Assembly (NCBI GenBank): GCA_035388825.1
Contig: DAOOQQ010000019.1
Location: 225 to 64,224 of the forward strand
Source of the DNA: Candidatus Ozemobacteraceae bacterium
GTDB taxonomy: Bacteria > Muiribacteriota > Ozemobacteria > Ozemobacterales > Ozemobacteraceae
DNA: 64,000 bases
Direction of reading: 5' to 3'
Positions 1-11,287 of the stretch are shown piece after piece. The notes under the pieces are model-generated. The model had not been told where the DNA came from. It ran no database searches and was given only the letters and a program-made list of their open reading frames with translations. Numbering within the stretch: the stretch's first letter is position 1; each line of letters starts with the position of its first letter. Position numbers and translations under genes: made by a program.

Positions 1-120
1 TGCGTCCTTCGTCTGAGTTGACCCATCAGCCCTATCGGCATTTCCTGCGCGAATTCTGATATTCCTTTCGCGGAATTTCTCGGGCCGAACTTCCGCGGCC
101 GGGTCTGGTATCATGCAGAC

Positions 121-1320
121 ATGGGACCGTCCGAATCCGAAGTGTTCGCGCGCTCGCAGTTCCGGCTGCCGGTGATCGTGTTTTTCGGCGTTTTCTGCCT
201 CGTCATCGCCAGCATCGAGGTGGCCCTCGGCCAGGGATTCATGCTGACGCTCGGCCGCGGGGCGGGACTGATCCTGGGCCTTTCCGTGGCCCTGACGGCA
301 ACGGCGATCCTCGCCCGCCGCATCGTCGATGCCCTGCTCGAACGCACGGACCAGGTGATGCCCACCGTCGTTCTCTGGCTGTACCCGCTCGTGACGCTCG
401 GCTGCACCTGGATCCTCTCCTGGATCCTGCTGCGCGGCATCCCGGAGATCGCGGGCCGGGGCTTCTGGACGGGGCTGATCCGGCTGAACGCGAAGACCGT
501 CACCGGGGCGTTCACCGGGCCGTTTCTGGCCTTCTTCCTGCTGCTGCTGGCCTGGACGATCGGGGAAGCCTGGCGGTATCTGAGCTGGTCGATCGGCTGG
601 GGCGAGTTTGTCGCCCGCCTTTCCACCCACAAGGACGGCCCGCCCCCCGTCGAACTGTTGCAGCAGCGCCGGGAGCGGCAGCAGGCGATCCAGATCGACC
701 GGGAGCGCGCACGGCGGTGCAACCGGTGGGGCATGCTCGCCATCTTCCTCACCATGATCGGCAGCTTCGTCTGGATCGTCTTCTTCCGGCCCGAGCTGAT
801 CCTCTACTATCGGGGAATGGCGCAACTGCGCTCGTTCCACAAACCCGACGCGGCGCTCGCGATGTTCGAGCAGCTCGTCCGCCGGTATCCCGGCTACCGG
901 TACCTCGATACGGTGAAGTATCACAGCGCGTGGGTGCAGGAGCGACGGCTCGGCAACTTCGCCGAGGCCGCCCGCGCCTACGAGGCGTTTCTGGCGGAAT
1001 ACGGCACCGACAACGTCTGGGCCGACGACGTCGTGGCCAGTCTCGTTCGTATCGCCCTCGACAAGAGCAATGATCCGGCAGCGGCTCTCCGATGGACGGG
1101 CGAGTACCGTCGCCTGTTCCCCGACGGCATCATGGCCCCCCAGGTCGCTCTCTACGAAGTCCGCGCTCTCCAGGCCCTCGGCCGTCCGGCCGAGGCCGCC
1201 GCCGCCCTCGCCGTCGCACGGGACCGCTTCGGCACCACCGACGTCATCCTGTATGACAGTGAAGATGACTTCGCGGGCCGCATCGGCTTCGACGCTGCCG
1301 CCACCGCCGCCATCCGCTGA
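121..1320 (+). CDS. Hypothetical polytopic membrane protein with a C-terminal TPR-like helical domain
   Basis: 399-aa ORF; several hydrophobic helices in the first ~250 aa; the C-terminal ~150 aa are Ala/Leu/Arg-rich and TPR-like; coding-type composition. Confidence 0.4.
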   Translation: MGPSESEVFARSQFRLPVIVFFGVFCLVIASIEVALGQGFMLTLGRGAGLILGLSVALTATAILARRIVDALLERTDQVMPTVVLWLYPLVTLGCTWILSWILLRGIPEIAGRGFWTGLIRLNAKTVTGAFTGPFLAFFLLLLAWTIGEAWRYLSWSIGWGEFVARLSTHKDGPPPVELLQQRRERQQAIQIDRERARRCNRWGMLAIFLTMIGSFVWIVFFRPELILYYRGMAQLRSFHKPDAALAMFEQLVRRYPGYRYLDTVKYHSAWVQERRLGNFAEAARAYEAFLAEYGTDNVWADDVVASLVRIALDKSNDPAAALRWTGEYRRLFPDGIMAPQVALYEVRALQALGRPAEAAAALAVARDRFGTTDVILYDSEDDFAGRIGFDAAATAAIR

Positions 1321-1406
1321 CGCCTCTGGAAGGACCTCCCCTCGACTCGATGGATCCCCGCTTGCCCCGCCTTTCTGCATCGGCTTCGGCTGCGGATCGG
1401 AATCTG

Positions 1407-1415
1407 TGGTATACT
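1407..1415 (+). promoter_or_regulatory. Extended -10 promoter element (TGgTATACT) upstream of hprK
   Basis: TGgTATACT about 70 nt upstream of the hprK ATG; no strong -35 seen. Confidence 0.3.
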
Positions 1416-1484
1416 GCGGCCGCGCACCGGGCAGGGTACCGCCCCGGGAGCGGAATCGCACCACGAACAACGGGATAGGGCAAC

Positions 1485-2408
1485 ATGGCACTGGTACTGG
1501 TGAAGGAAATCGCCCGCGATCACGGCCTGACGGTGATCGCCGGCCAGGAAGGCCTCGACCGCAAGATCATCTCCTCCGAGGTCCACCGGCCCGGCCTCGA
1601 GCTGGCCGGCTTTTTCGAGCATTTCGGCTACGAACGCATCATCGTTCTCGGCCGCACCGAGCTCGCCTACCTCGGCGAACAATCGCCCGAGACCCGGAAG
1701 GTCCGCCTCCGTCAGCTCCTGTTTTTCAATATCCCATGCATTATAGCAACCGACGACCTGCTCGTTCTCGACGAGCTGATCGAGTTGTGCAACCAGAAGC
1801 AGGTGCCGATCCTGCGCACTCCGGAACGCACCGGCGAGTTCGTCTACCAGTTGTCCCGGTATCTGCACAACCGGTTCGCCCCGCGCAAGAGCGTCCACGG
1901 CGTATTCCTCGAGGTCTACGGCGTCGGCATCCTGATCATGGGCCCCTCCGGCATCGGCAAGAGCGAGTGCGCGCTGGAACTGATCAAGCGCGGCCACCGG
2001 CTGGTCGCCGACGACGCGGTCCAGCTCCTCAAGATCAGCGACACGAAGGTGGTCGGCTCGCCCGACGAGATGATCCGCCACCACATGGAGATCCGCGGCC
2101 TGGGCATCATCGACATCCGCGCCCTGTTCGGCATTGCCGCGACCTCCGACGAGAAGATGGTCGAGATGGTCATCAACCTCGAAAAATGGGATGACCGCAA
2201 GGAATACGACCGGCTCGGCATCATGCAGCGTACCACCAAGCTGCTGAAAGTCGAGGTGCCCAGCACGACGATCCCGGTGCGCGAGGGCCGCAACCTCGCC
2301 GTCGTCGTCGAGACGGCCGCGATGAACTTTTATCTCAAGCGTATGGGCGTGCTCACCGCGGAAAAGTTCGCCAAACGTCTCCAGGCGAAAATGACCGGAG
2401 ACTTCTGA
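1485..2408 (+). CDS. hprK: HPr kinase/phosphorylase
   Basis: 307 aa; Walker A motif GPSGIGKSE; the characteristic HprK C-terminal domain (LVADDAV, EIRGLGIIDI). Confidence 0.85.
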   Translation: MALVLVKEIARDHGLTVIAGQEGLDRKIISSEVHRPGLELAGFFEHFGYERIIVLGRTELAYLGEQSPETRKVRLRQLLFFNIPCIIATDDLLVLDELIELCNQKQVPILRTPERTGEFVYQLSRYLHNRFAPRKSVHGVFLEVYGVGILIMGPSGIGKSECALELIKRGHRLVADDAVQLLKISDTKVVGSPDEMIRHHMEIRGLGIIDIRALFGIAATSDEKMVEMVINLEKWDDRKEYDRLGIMQRTTKLLKVEVPSTTIPVREGRNLAVVVETAAMNFYLKRMGVLTAEKFAKRLQAKMTGDF

Positions 2409-3697
2409 TGCGGTTTTCGCTGCGCCGCTGGTTCGGGCCGTCGATACGGACCCGGCGCTGGCTGATCTTTTTGGCCATCGGCATCCTGATGGTGAGCCTC
2501 GCCGTCGTTCTGGCCGGCCTCGCGATCATGATGCTGACCCCCTTCCACCTCGACACGGTCCGCAGCTTCGATCCCGGCGCGATTGCCTTCGCCGCCCTCA
2601 GTGCCTTCCTGCTCGGCTTCTACTGGCTGTCGCAGGCGGTCGGAAGCGCGTTCCAGGTCCTCAGCATGAAGGATTACGAGACTTCCGAACGGCTCCGGGC
2701 GCTGATGTTCCGGCGTCAGCCCGAGGGACCGCGGCCCCAGCTGGTCGCCCTCGGCGGCGGAACGGGCCTCAGTTCGTTGCTCAAGGGCCTCAAGGAGTTG
2801 CCGGTCGATCTGACGGCCGTCGTGACCGTCACCGACGACGGCGGCTCCTCGGGCCGCCTCCGCAAGGATCTCCAGATCCTGCCTCCCGGCGACATCCGCA
2901 ACTGCCTCGTCGCCCTCTCGGGATCGGAAAGCCTGCTGTCGCGCCTGTTCCAGTATCGATTCGGGGAGGCCGGCGAGATGGGCGGCCACAGCTTCGGCAA
3001 CCTCTTCATCGCGGCCATGAGCGGCGTTCTGGGTGATTTCGGAACGGCGGTGCGCGCCGCCAGCCAGATTCTTGCGATCCGCGGCCAGGTGCTGCCCGTG
3101 ACCTGCGAGAACGTCGAACTGGTCGCCCGCTTCGACGACGAGTCGGAGATCGTCGGGGAAACCGCGATCTCTGCCGTCGGCAGGCGTATCGTCGCGATGT
3201 CCCTCAAGCCTCGCGAGCCGCTTCCCAACCCCGAGGCTCTCGCGGCCATCGACCGGGCCAGGCTGATCGTGCTCGGCCCCGGAAGCCTCTTCACCAGCGT
3301 CATTCCGAACCTGCTCGTGCCCGAGATCGCCGAGCGCATCAACCGCAGCCCGGCGCGCGTCGTATATGTCTGCAACGTGATGAGCCAGCCCGGCGAGACC
3401 GACAACTTCTCGGCGGCCGAGCACGTCGAGGCCCTGCTCCGGCACACGCCACTCCGCCGCATCGACGTGGCCGTCGTCAACTCCCGTCGGGCGGCTCGGC
3501 CGCTGATGGAGCGGTACGAGAAGATGAACCAGTACTGGGTTCCGCCCACCGTGACCCGCATCGAGGATCGCGGCATCCGGGTCGTCAGCGGCGACTTCCT
3601 CCAGGAAACCGACATGGTGCGCCACGACTCCCGCGCCCTGGCCGAGGTGCTGGTGGCCCTCATCGCCGAGGATCCGGCCGTCCGCATTCCCGCATGA
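2408..3697 (+). CDS. YvcK/CofD-family (UPF0052) gluconeogenesis-factor-like protein with an atypical N-terminal membrane anchor
   Basis: LVALGGGTGLSSLLKGLK and VTVTDDGGSSGRLR motifs typical of YvcK; preceded by ~100 aa with 2-3 predicted TM helices; start codon overlaps the hprK stop. Confidence 0.75.
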   Translation: MRFSLRRWFGPSIRTRRWLIFLAIGILMVSLAVVLAGLAIMMLTPFHLDTVRSFDPGAIAFAALSAFLLGFYWLSQAVGSAFQVLSMKDYETSERLRALMFRRQPEGPRPQLVALGGGTGLSSLLKGLKELPVDLTAVVTVTDDGGSSGRLRKDLQILPPGDIRNCLVALSGSESLLSRLFQYRFGEAGEMGGHSFGNLFIAAMSGVLGDFGTAVRAASQILAIRGQVLPVTCENVELVARFDDESEIVGETAISAVGRRIVAMSLKPREPLPNPEALAAIDRARLIVLGPGSLFTSVIPNLLVPEIAERINRSPARVVYVCNVMSQPGETDNFSAAEHVEALLRHTPLRRIDVAVVNSRRAARPLMERYEKMNQYWVPPTVTRIEDRGIRVVSGDFLQETDMVRHDSRALAEVLVALIAEDPAVRIPA

Positions 3698-4581
3698 GCC
3701 GCAGGTATCACCTGGCCCTGAAACGGGATCTGCTCTCCGCGCCCCCCGCGATGCCCTGCTGCGGCGAAGCACTCCTCGCGGGGCTTGCGCGCCGGCGCGG
3801 CTCGACCATGGCCGTGCGCGGTCCGCGCCAACTGCGCCGCTCCCTGTTTCGGGGCGTCGAGGCTGCCTGCCCGCCCGGTGTCTCTCTCGACCGCACGGGC
3901 CGGGAGCTGCGGATCGGCGGGATCGATCCGACCGCCTTGCGCCGGAACGTGGCCGGCCGGATCCGGATTCAGGCGGCCGGCAAGTCCGGCGGCCACTGTG
4001 CCCGGGCTTTCGTGCGCGGCCTGTTCATCCGGGCCGGCTACATGCAGGATCCCGAGCAGGGCTACCATCTCGAACTCGTCCTTCCCGGGAAATGGGCGTT
4101 CCGGCTGTTGCGGCTCTGCTCCGTGTCCCTGCGCGTTCCGTTCCGGTTCTGCCGGCGCCGGGGCCGCATCGTGGCCTACCTGAAGGGGGCCCGGCGGCTC
4201 GTGCGGCTGCTGAAAGCCTTCGAATCCTTCGACCGGGCCCTGCGTCTCGAGGACCTCATCGCGACCCGCCAGCTCCTGGGTACCGTGAACCGGCAGGTCA
4301 ACTTCGAGACGGCGAACATCAACAAGCAGGTTTCAGCCTCGGAGCGCCTCCGGGAGCAGATCGGACGACTTCTCGAACACGCCGACCAGGAGATCTGGAC
4401 CGATGCCCTGCGGGAACTCGCCCTGATGCGCATCCGCTACCCGATCGACTCGATCGAGGCCCTGGGGAAGCGCTGCATCCCCCCGCTCTCGAAGTCCGCC
4501 GTGAACCACCGGCTCCGGCGCATTGCCGCGCTGTACCGCGAAATATTCGAGCCGGCGAAGGGGGGCGTGGCCCGCGAATAG
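3694..4581 (+). CDS. whiA: WhiA-like DNA-binding regulator
   Basis: ~295 aa; C-terminal HTH LSKSAVNHRLRRI resembles the WhiA signature; follows yvcK as in the conserved yvcJ-yvcK-whiA neighbourhood. Confidence 0.7.
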   Translation: MSRRYHLALKRDLLSAPPAMPCCGEALLAGLARRRGSTMAVRGPRQLRRSLFRGVEAACPPGVSLDRTGRELRIGGIDPTALRRNVAGRIRIQAAGKSGGHCARAFVRGLFIRAGYMQDPEQGYHLELVLPGKWAFRLLRLCSVSLRVPFRFCRRRGRIVAYLKGARRLVRLLKAFESFDRALRLEDLIATRQLLGTVNRQVNFETANINKQVSASERLREQIGRLLEHADQEIWTDALRELALMRIRYPIDSIEALGKRCIPPLSKSAVNHRLRRIAALYREIFEPAKGGVARE

Positions 4582-4627
4582 CCGCTTCCCGAAGCCGGAA
4601 GCGCGATTCCCCGCGCCTGAGGCCGCC

Positions 4628-4656
4628 TTGACAGGGGGGGAGGGGTATGCTATATC
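4628..4656 (+). promoter_or_regulatory. Sigma70-like promoter (TTGACA, 17-nt spacer, TATATC) upstream of hpf
   Basis: Consensus -35 TTGACA at 4628-4633, a 17-nt G-rich spacer and -10 TATATC at 4651-4656; SD GGAGG precedes ATG 4714. Confidence 0.4.
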
Positions 4657-4713
4657 TTGATCCCTTGTAAAACACGGATTTCGTGTCCGAACTTCATTTG
4701 GAGGCATCTTGTC

Positions 4714-5313
4714 ATGCAGATCGTCGTGAGTGGAAAGAATATCCACCTCTCCCAGGCCCTGAAGGACTACGCGGAAAAGAAACTGGCCTCGATCAAAAAG
4801 TATTTTGATCACATCATCGAAGTCGACGTGAACCTCTCGACGGACGATGTCCGCGATCAGACCCGCAGCAAGGTGTGCGAAGTCACCGTCTGGGCCAACG
4901 GCATCGTGATGCGCGGCAAGAAAGCCTCCGAAGACCTGTATGCCTCGATCGACATGGTCGCCGACAAGATCGAGCGCCAGATCAAGAAGCACAAGGAGAA
5001 GCTCAAGGACGTTCCGCGCCGCTCCACCGACAAGAAGGATCTGGCCGCCGTCCACTCCGTGCTGTCGCTCGACACCGGCAAGAAGGGCAAGAAGACCGTC
5101 GCCGCCGAGCCGTCCGACAAGGCCCACTCCGAGCACCGCATCGTGCGCAGCGGCACCTTCTCGATCAAGCCGATGTTCGCCGACGAGGCCGCCGAGCAGC
5201 TCGACCTGCTCAAGCAGGAGTTCTACGTCTTCTCGAACGCCGAGACCAACCAGATCAACGTCATCTACAAGCGCACCGACGGCAACTTCGGGCTGATCGA
5301 ACCCGAATTCTGA
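4714..5313 (+). CDS. hpf: Ribosome hibernation promoting factor, long form
   Basis: MQIVVSGKNIHLSQALKDYAEKKLASIKKYFD N-terminus typical of HPF/RaiA; ~199 aa with a C-terminal dimerisation extension. Confidence 0.85.
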   Translation: MQIVVSGKNIHLSQALKDYAEKKLASIKKYFDHIIEVDVNLSTDDVRDQTRSKVCEVTVWANGIVMRGKKASEDLYASIDMVADKIERQIKKHKEKLKDVPRRSTDKKDLAAVHSVLSLDTGKKGKKTVAAEPSDKAHSEHRIVRSGTFSIKPMFADEAAEQLDLLKQEFYVFSNAETNQINVIYKRTDGNFGLIEPEF

Positions 5314-5349
5314 CCGGATTTTTCCGCGTCGGACGCCACAGGAGGCACT

Positions 5350-5805
5350 TTGGAGCTCACCGAATTCATATCACCCCAGCTGATCAAGCTGGAGCTTTCC
5401 TCCACCCAGAAAGTCGACGCGATCAAAGAGCTGATCGACCTCCTGGACAAGGCCGGGTTTCTCACCGACGCCGACGCGTTCCTCAAGTCGGTTCTCGAAC
5501 GCGAGAAGGTCGGTTCGACGGGCATCGGCAAGGGGATCGCCATTCCGCACTCCCGCACGGCGACCGTCCGGGAAGTGGTGGTGGCCGTCGGCCGCTCGAA
5601 GGAGGGCATCGAGTTCGAAGCCCTCGACAGCCGGCCGGTTCACCTGATCTTCCTCATCGCCGCACCCATCGAGTCGGGCGGACTCTACCTGAAGGCCCTG
5701 GCGCGGCTTTCGCGCCTGCTGCGCTATCAGGAGTTCCGGAACGAACTGATGGAAGCCAAGACGGCGGAAGACATCATCAAGATCATCTCGTCCGAAGAGA
5801 AATGA
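5350..5805 (+). CDS. ptsN: PTS EIIA-Ntr type nitrogen regulatory protein
   Basis: 151 aa; PTS EIIA type-2 fold with the GIAIPH phosphorylation-site motif; classic hpf-ptsN adjacency. Confidence 0.75.
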   Translation: MELTEFISPQLIKLELSSTQKVDAIKELIDLLDKAGFLTDADAFLKSVLEREKVGSTGIGKGIAIPHSRTATVREVVVAVGRSKEGIEFEALDSRPVHLIFLIAAPIESGGLYLKALARLSRLLRYQEFRNELMEAKTAEDIIKIISSEEK

Positions 5806-5857
5806 CCGCCGCGGATCCGCTGCCGGGCGGCCGGCAAACGACACATTAGACGCAGGA

Positions 5858-5890
5858 CAGGGCGCGGACCCCGAACGGGGCCGCGCCCTG
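5858..5890 (+). terminator. GC-rich hairpin (possible terminator) between ptsN and secA
   Basis: Perfect 10-bp stem cagggcgcgg/ccgcgccctg with an inner cccc/gggg pair, followed by attctt. Confidence 0.3.
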
Positions 5891-5918
5891 ATTCTTGGAA
5901 AGGGACCAGGTTTCAGGC

Positions 5919-8663
<2,745 letters not shown>

Positions 8664-8700
8664 TTCCGCAAGACGATACAATCTGATACCGAGCGTATCC

Positions 8701-8729
8701 GGAGGGGCGGGTTTCATACCCGCCCCTCC
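8701..8729 (+). terminator. Hairpin (possible terminator) after secA
   Basis: 11-bp perfect stem ggaggggcggg/cccgcccctcc with a 7-nt loop; no U-tract. Confidence 0.3.
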
Positions 8730-8744
8730 TCGCATCTGGTCGAT

Positions 8745-8810
8745 GGAGCATCTGCGGCAACCGAAGAGATCGATCCGCAGATGCCGCAGATGACGCAGAT
8801 GACGCAGATT
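8745..8810. repeat. MITE-like repeat, module B (CGCAGATGA tandem units) in hairpin form
   Basis: gcatctgcgg...ccgcagatgc forms a 10-bp perfect inverted repeat; followed by the tandem units gccgcagatgacgcagatgacgcagat. Confidence 0.6.
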
Positions 8811-8942
8811 AACGGAATGTATCGACTATTGAAGTTGGCACTATATTTGGCCGCGTCGTCGGCCTGACAATTGTGCCGTAGGGGCGGATCGTGATCCGCC
8901 CGCGTCACCCAGGGACGTGATATCCGGTGTGTTGAAAGACGG

Positions 8943-9022
8943 CGCACCACGGAGTCACAGAGACACAGAGCAAAAGGGTGAACAAGTCTGAGAAATTCTG
9001 TGTCTCGGTGACTCGGTGGTGC
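8943..9022. repeat. MITE-like repeat, module A (CACAGAGA tandem units) hairpin
   Basis: gcaccacggagtcacagagacacagag ... ctgtgtctcggtgactcggtggtgc inverted repeat; same module as the copies at 26859, 29651 and 49801. Confidence 0.6.
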
Positions 9023-9073
9023 GTTTCTTCCGGGGTCGCGCGGGGGCGAGAGATTGTGGTATTGTCTAAGACC

Positions 9074-9574
9074 ATGGCTCGGCAGAGGGACGGATTCCGG
9101 CGTCGGGCGGTCACCCTGCTCGAGGTGCTGATCGCCCTGACGATCCTGTCAACCGTTCTGCTTCCCGTCGGCATGTTCATGGTCGAGTATCTGCGCGGCA
9201 GCAGCGAACTGGGGGAGTACCACCAGGTCATGAATATCCTCGAGGAAAAAATGGAAACCGCCCTGGCGCTTCCGTTCGACGCCCTTCCGGTCGGCCGTTC
9301 GAAAAACGTCCGCCTCGGCCATGATGCCGATGAAACCGGAAAACGGAGCGTCACACTGGATCTGAGACCTGTCCAGGTCGGTGTCGAGGAGGTCGGTTTC
9401 GAGCTCGAGGTCGAACCCGTTCCGCTCGAGTTTTCGGCTGTCGCCGACCCCGACACGGGGCGCATGGAGCGCACCCGCCTCGAGGCCTCCTACAAGCGGC
9501 TCATCCTGCGTGCCGGCTGGGGAAGCCGCTCCCGGCATAACCTCGATCTCGTCGCGTACAAGGCGGACCTGTGA
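9074..9574 (+). CDS. Prepilin-type N-terminal cleavage/methylation domain protein (pseudopilin-like)
   Basis: N-terminus MARQRDGFRRRA|VTLLEVLIALTIL has the class-III signal hallmark (Glu at +5 after the predicted cleavage site, hydrophobic helix); SD upstream; start taken at the internal ATG 9074. Confidence 0.55.
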   Translation: MARQRDGFRRRAVTLLEVLIALTILSTVLLPVGMFMVEYLRGSSELGEYHQVMNILEEKMETALALPFDALPVGRSKNVRLGHDADETGKRSVTLDLRPVQVGVEEVGFELEVEPVPLEFSAVADPDTGRMERTRLEASYKRLILRAGWGSRSRHNLDLVAYKADL

Positions 9575-10029
9575 ACATGTTCGAACGCCGCGGAATCGCG
9601 ATTCCCATCGTGCTTGGCATCATCCTGTGCTTCGCCGTCTGGGTCGGCTCGCTGTCCTGGACGATGTCGAACAGCCGGAGCCGCTTCACGCAGACCTTCA
9701 AGCTCCGACGGGCCTACTTCATGGCCCGTTCGGGGTTGCAGCATTTTTTTCTCAAGATGAAAGTCATGCAGCGCCAGCTGCCCGAGACGATGGCGGTCCT
9801 CGATGGGGCGCCGGCCGCGAACTGGGCCTCGCTCGCAAACTCGTTCGTCGAGGATATCGTCATTCCCCAGGAATCCCCCGCGAGCTATGCGCTTTCCTAC
9901 GGCATCGGCAGCTTCACGATCGGCACCCGGGATCTCGACAAGGGCGAGATGACGATCGAGATCGTCGCCGAGGGAAAAGTGGACGGCGTGGGCGAGAGCA
10001 TCAGACGTATTTTCCGCGTGACCCGGTAA
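9571..10029 (+). CDS. Membrane-anchored minor-pilin-like protein
   Basis: GTG start overlapping the upstream stop (GTGA); single N-terminal TM helix IAIPIVLGIILCFAVWV but no Glu+5; size and context suggest a pilus or secretin-associated minor component. Confidence 0.4.
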   Translation: MNMFERRGIAIPIVLGIILCFAVWVGSLSWTMSNSRSRFTQTFKLRRAYFMARSGLQHFFLKMKVMQRQLPETMAVLDGAPAANWASLANSFVEDIVIPQESPASYALSYGIGSFTIGTRDLDKGEMTIEIVAEGKVDGVGESIRRIFRVTR

Positions 10030-10057
10030 TGGGCACGACATCTCAGGAGGTATAACC

Positions 10058-11204
10058 GTGGATTTTGCCATAGCAGAACGCCTTCGCGAACTGAAAACAC
10101 GGCTCTCCGGCATCGGTGAGCATCTTTGACCTGCCCAGACGAAAGAGGCAGATTCAGGAGCTCGAAGAGCTGACCCTGCAACCCAACTTCTGGACCGACC
10201 GGAACCGCGCCCAGAGCACGTCCCAGAAACTCGCCGAGCTGAAGAAGTCGTGCGAGGCATTCGAGACACTCTCGGCCGAGATCCGGGACACTGCCGACCT
10301 GCTGGAGCTCGCCGACGCCGAGCATGACGTGGCGATGTTCGACCAGCTCGTTGCGCAACTCGATCCGCTGACGAAGCGGCTCGACGGCCTCGAGCTGACG
10401 ACCTTCCTCTCGGAGGAATACGACCAGTCCGACTGCTACATCGCCATCAAGCCGGGGGCGGGTGGCACCGAGTCGTGCGACTGGGCCTCGATGCTGTACC
10501 GCATGTACTGCCGCTGGCTCGACCGGAGCGAGTTCAAGTATGAGGTCATGGATCTCCAGGAAGAAGAGCAGGGCATCAAGTCCGTCACGTTGCTGGTGAA
10601 GGGTATGTATGCCTACGGCTATCTCAAAGGGGAAAAGGGCGTTCACCGGCTCGTGCGCATCTCGCCGTTCGACTCGAACGCACGCCGCCACACCAGCTTC
10701 ACCGCCGTCGACGTGACCCCGGTGCTGCCGGATGACGCCGACATCGAGGTGCGCGACGAGGATCTCAAGCTCGACTTCTTCCGCAGTTCGGGCGCCGGCG
10801 GCCAGCACGTCAACAAGACCAGTTCGGCCGTGCGCATCACCCACCTGCCGACAGGCATCGTCGTTGCCTGCCAGATCGAGCGGAGCCAGCACCAGAACCG
10901 TGAAGTCGCGCTCAATATGCTCAAGGCCAAGCTGTACAAGCTGCAGCAGGAGAGCCGCGACAAGGAGCTGAAGAGCCTCCAGGGCGACCAGAAGAACATC
11001 TCGTTCGGAAGCCAGATCCGATCGTATGTCTTCTGCCCCTACACGCTGGTGAAGGATCTGCGCACCGCCGAACAGACGAGCGATGTGCATGGGGTGATGG
11101 ACGGGGATCTCGACCGGTTCGTCAACGCCTACCTCAAATGGCACGCGGCCGGGGAAAAGCCCCGCAACGTCGGCGCCGACGGCGAGGAGGAGCTGGAAGT
11201 CTGA
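10058..11204 (+). CDS. prfB: Peptide chain release factor 2, with a programmed +1 ribosomal frameshift (frame 0 10058-10126, frame +1 10128-11204)
   Basis: SD AGGAGG then GTG 10058; frame 0 reads VDFAIAERLRELKTRLSGIGEHL and ends at the in-frame UGA 10127-10129, in the canonical CUU UGA C shift site, preceded by the SD-like GGUGAG; the +1 frame continues DLPRRKRQIQ... with GGQ (SGAGGQHVNKT) and the SPF-like RF2 motifs. Confidence 0.85.
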
Positions 11205-11287
11205 ACCCACGCGGCTGCACGACCCCGAGTGCGCCGGATCGCGGATTCCCGCAACCCGGCGCGTTCGTGCGTCCGCGCGGAAGCGCG

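Noticed and set aside
2330-4068. Minus-strand ORFs 2330..3772 (480 aa) and 2716..4068 (450 aa)
   Set aside because: Antisense to yvcK/whiA. Arg/Gly/Ala-rich junk translations.
11138-11287. N-terminal extension of the 565-aa protein (MARGRGKAPQRRRRRR…)
   Set aside because: Overlaps the prfB 3' end. Poly-Arg composition. A downstream ATG at 11288 yields a proper TM start.
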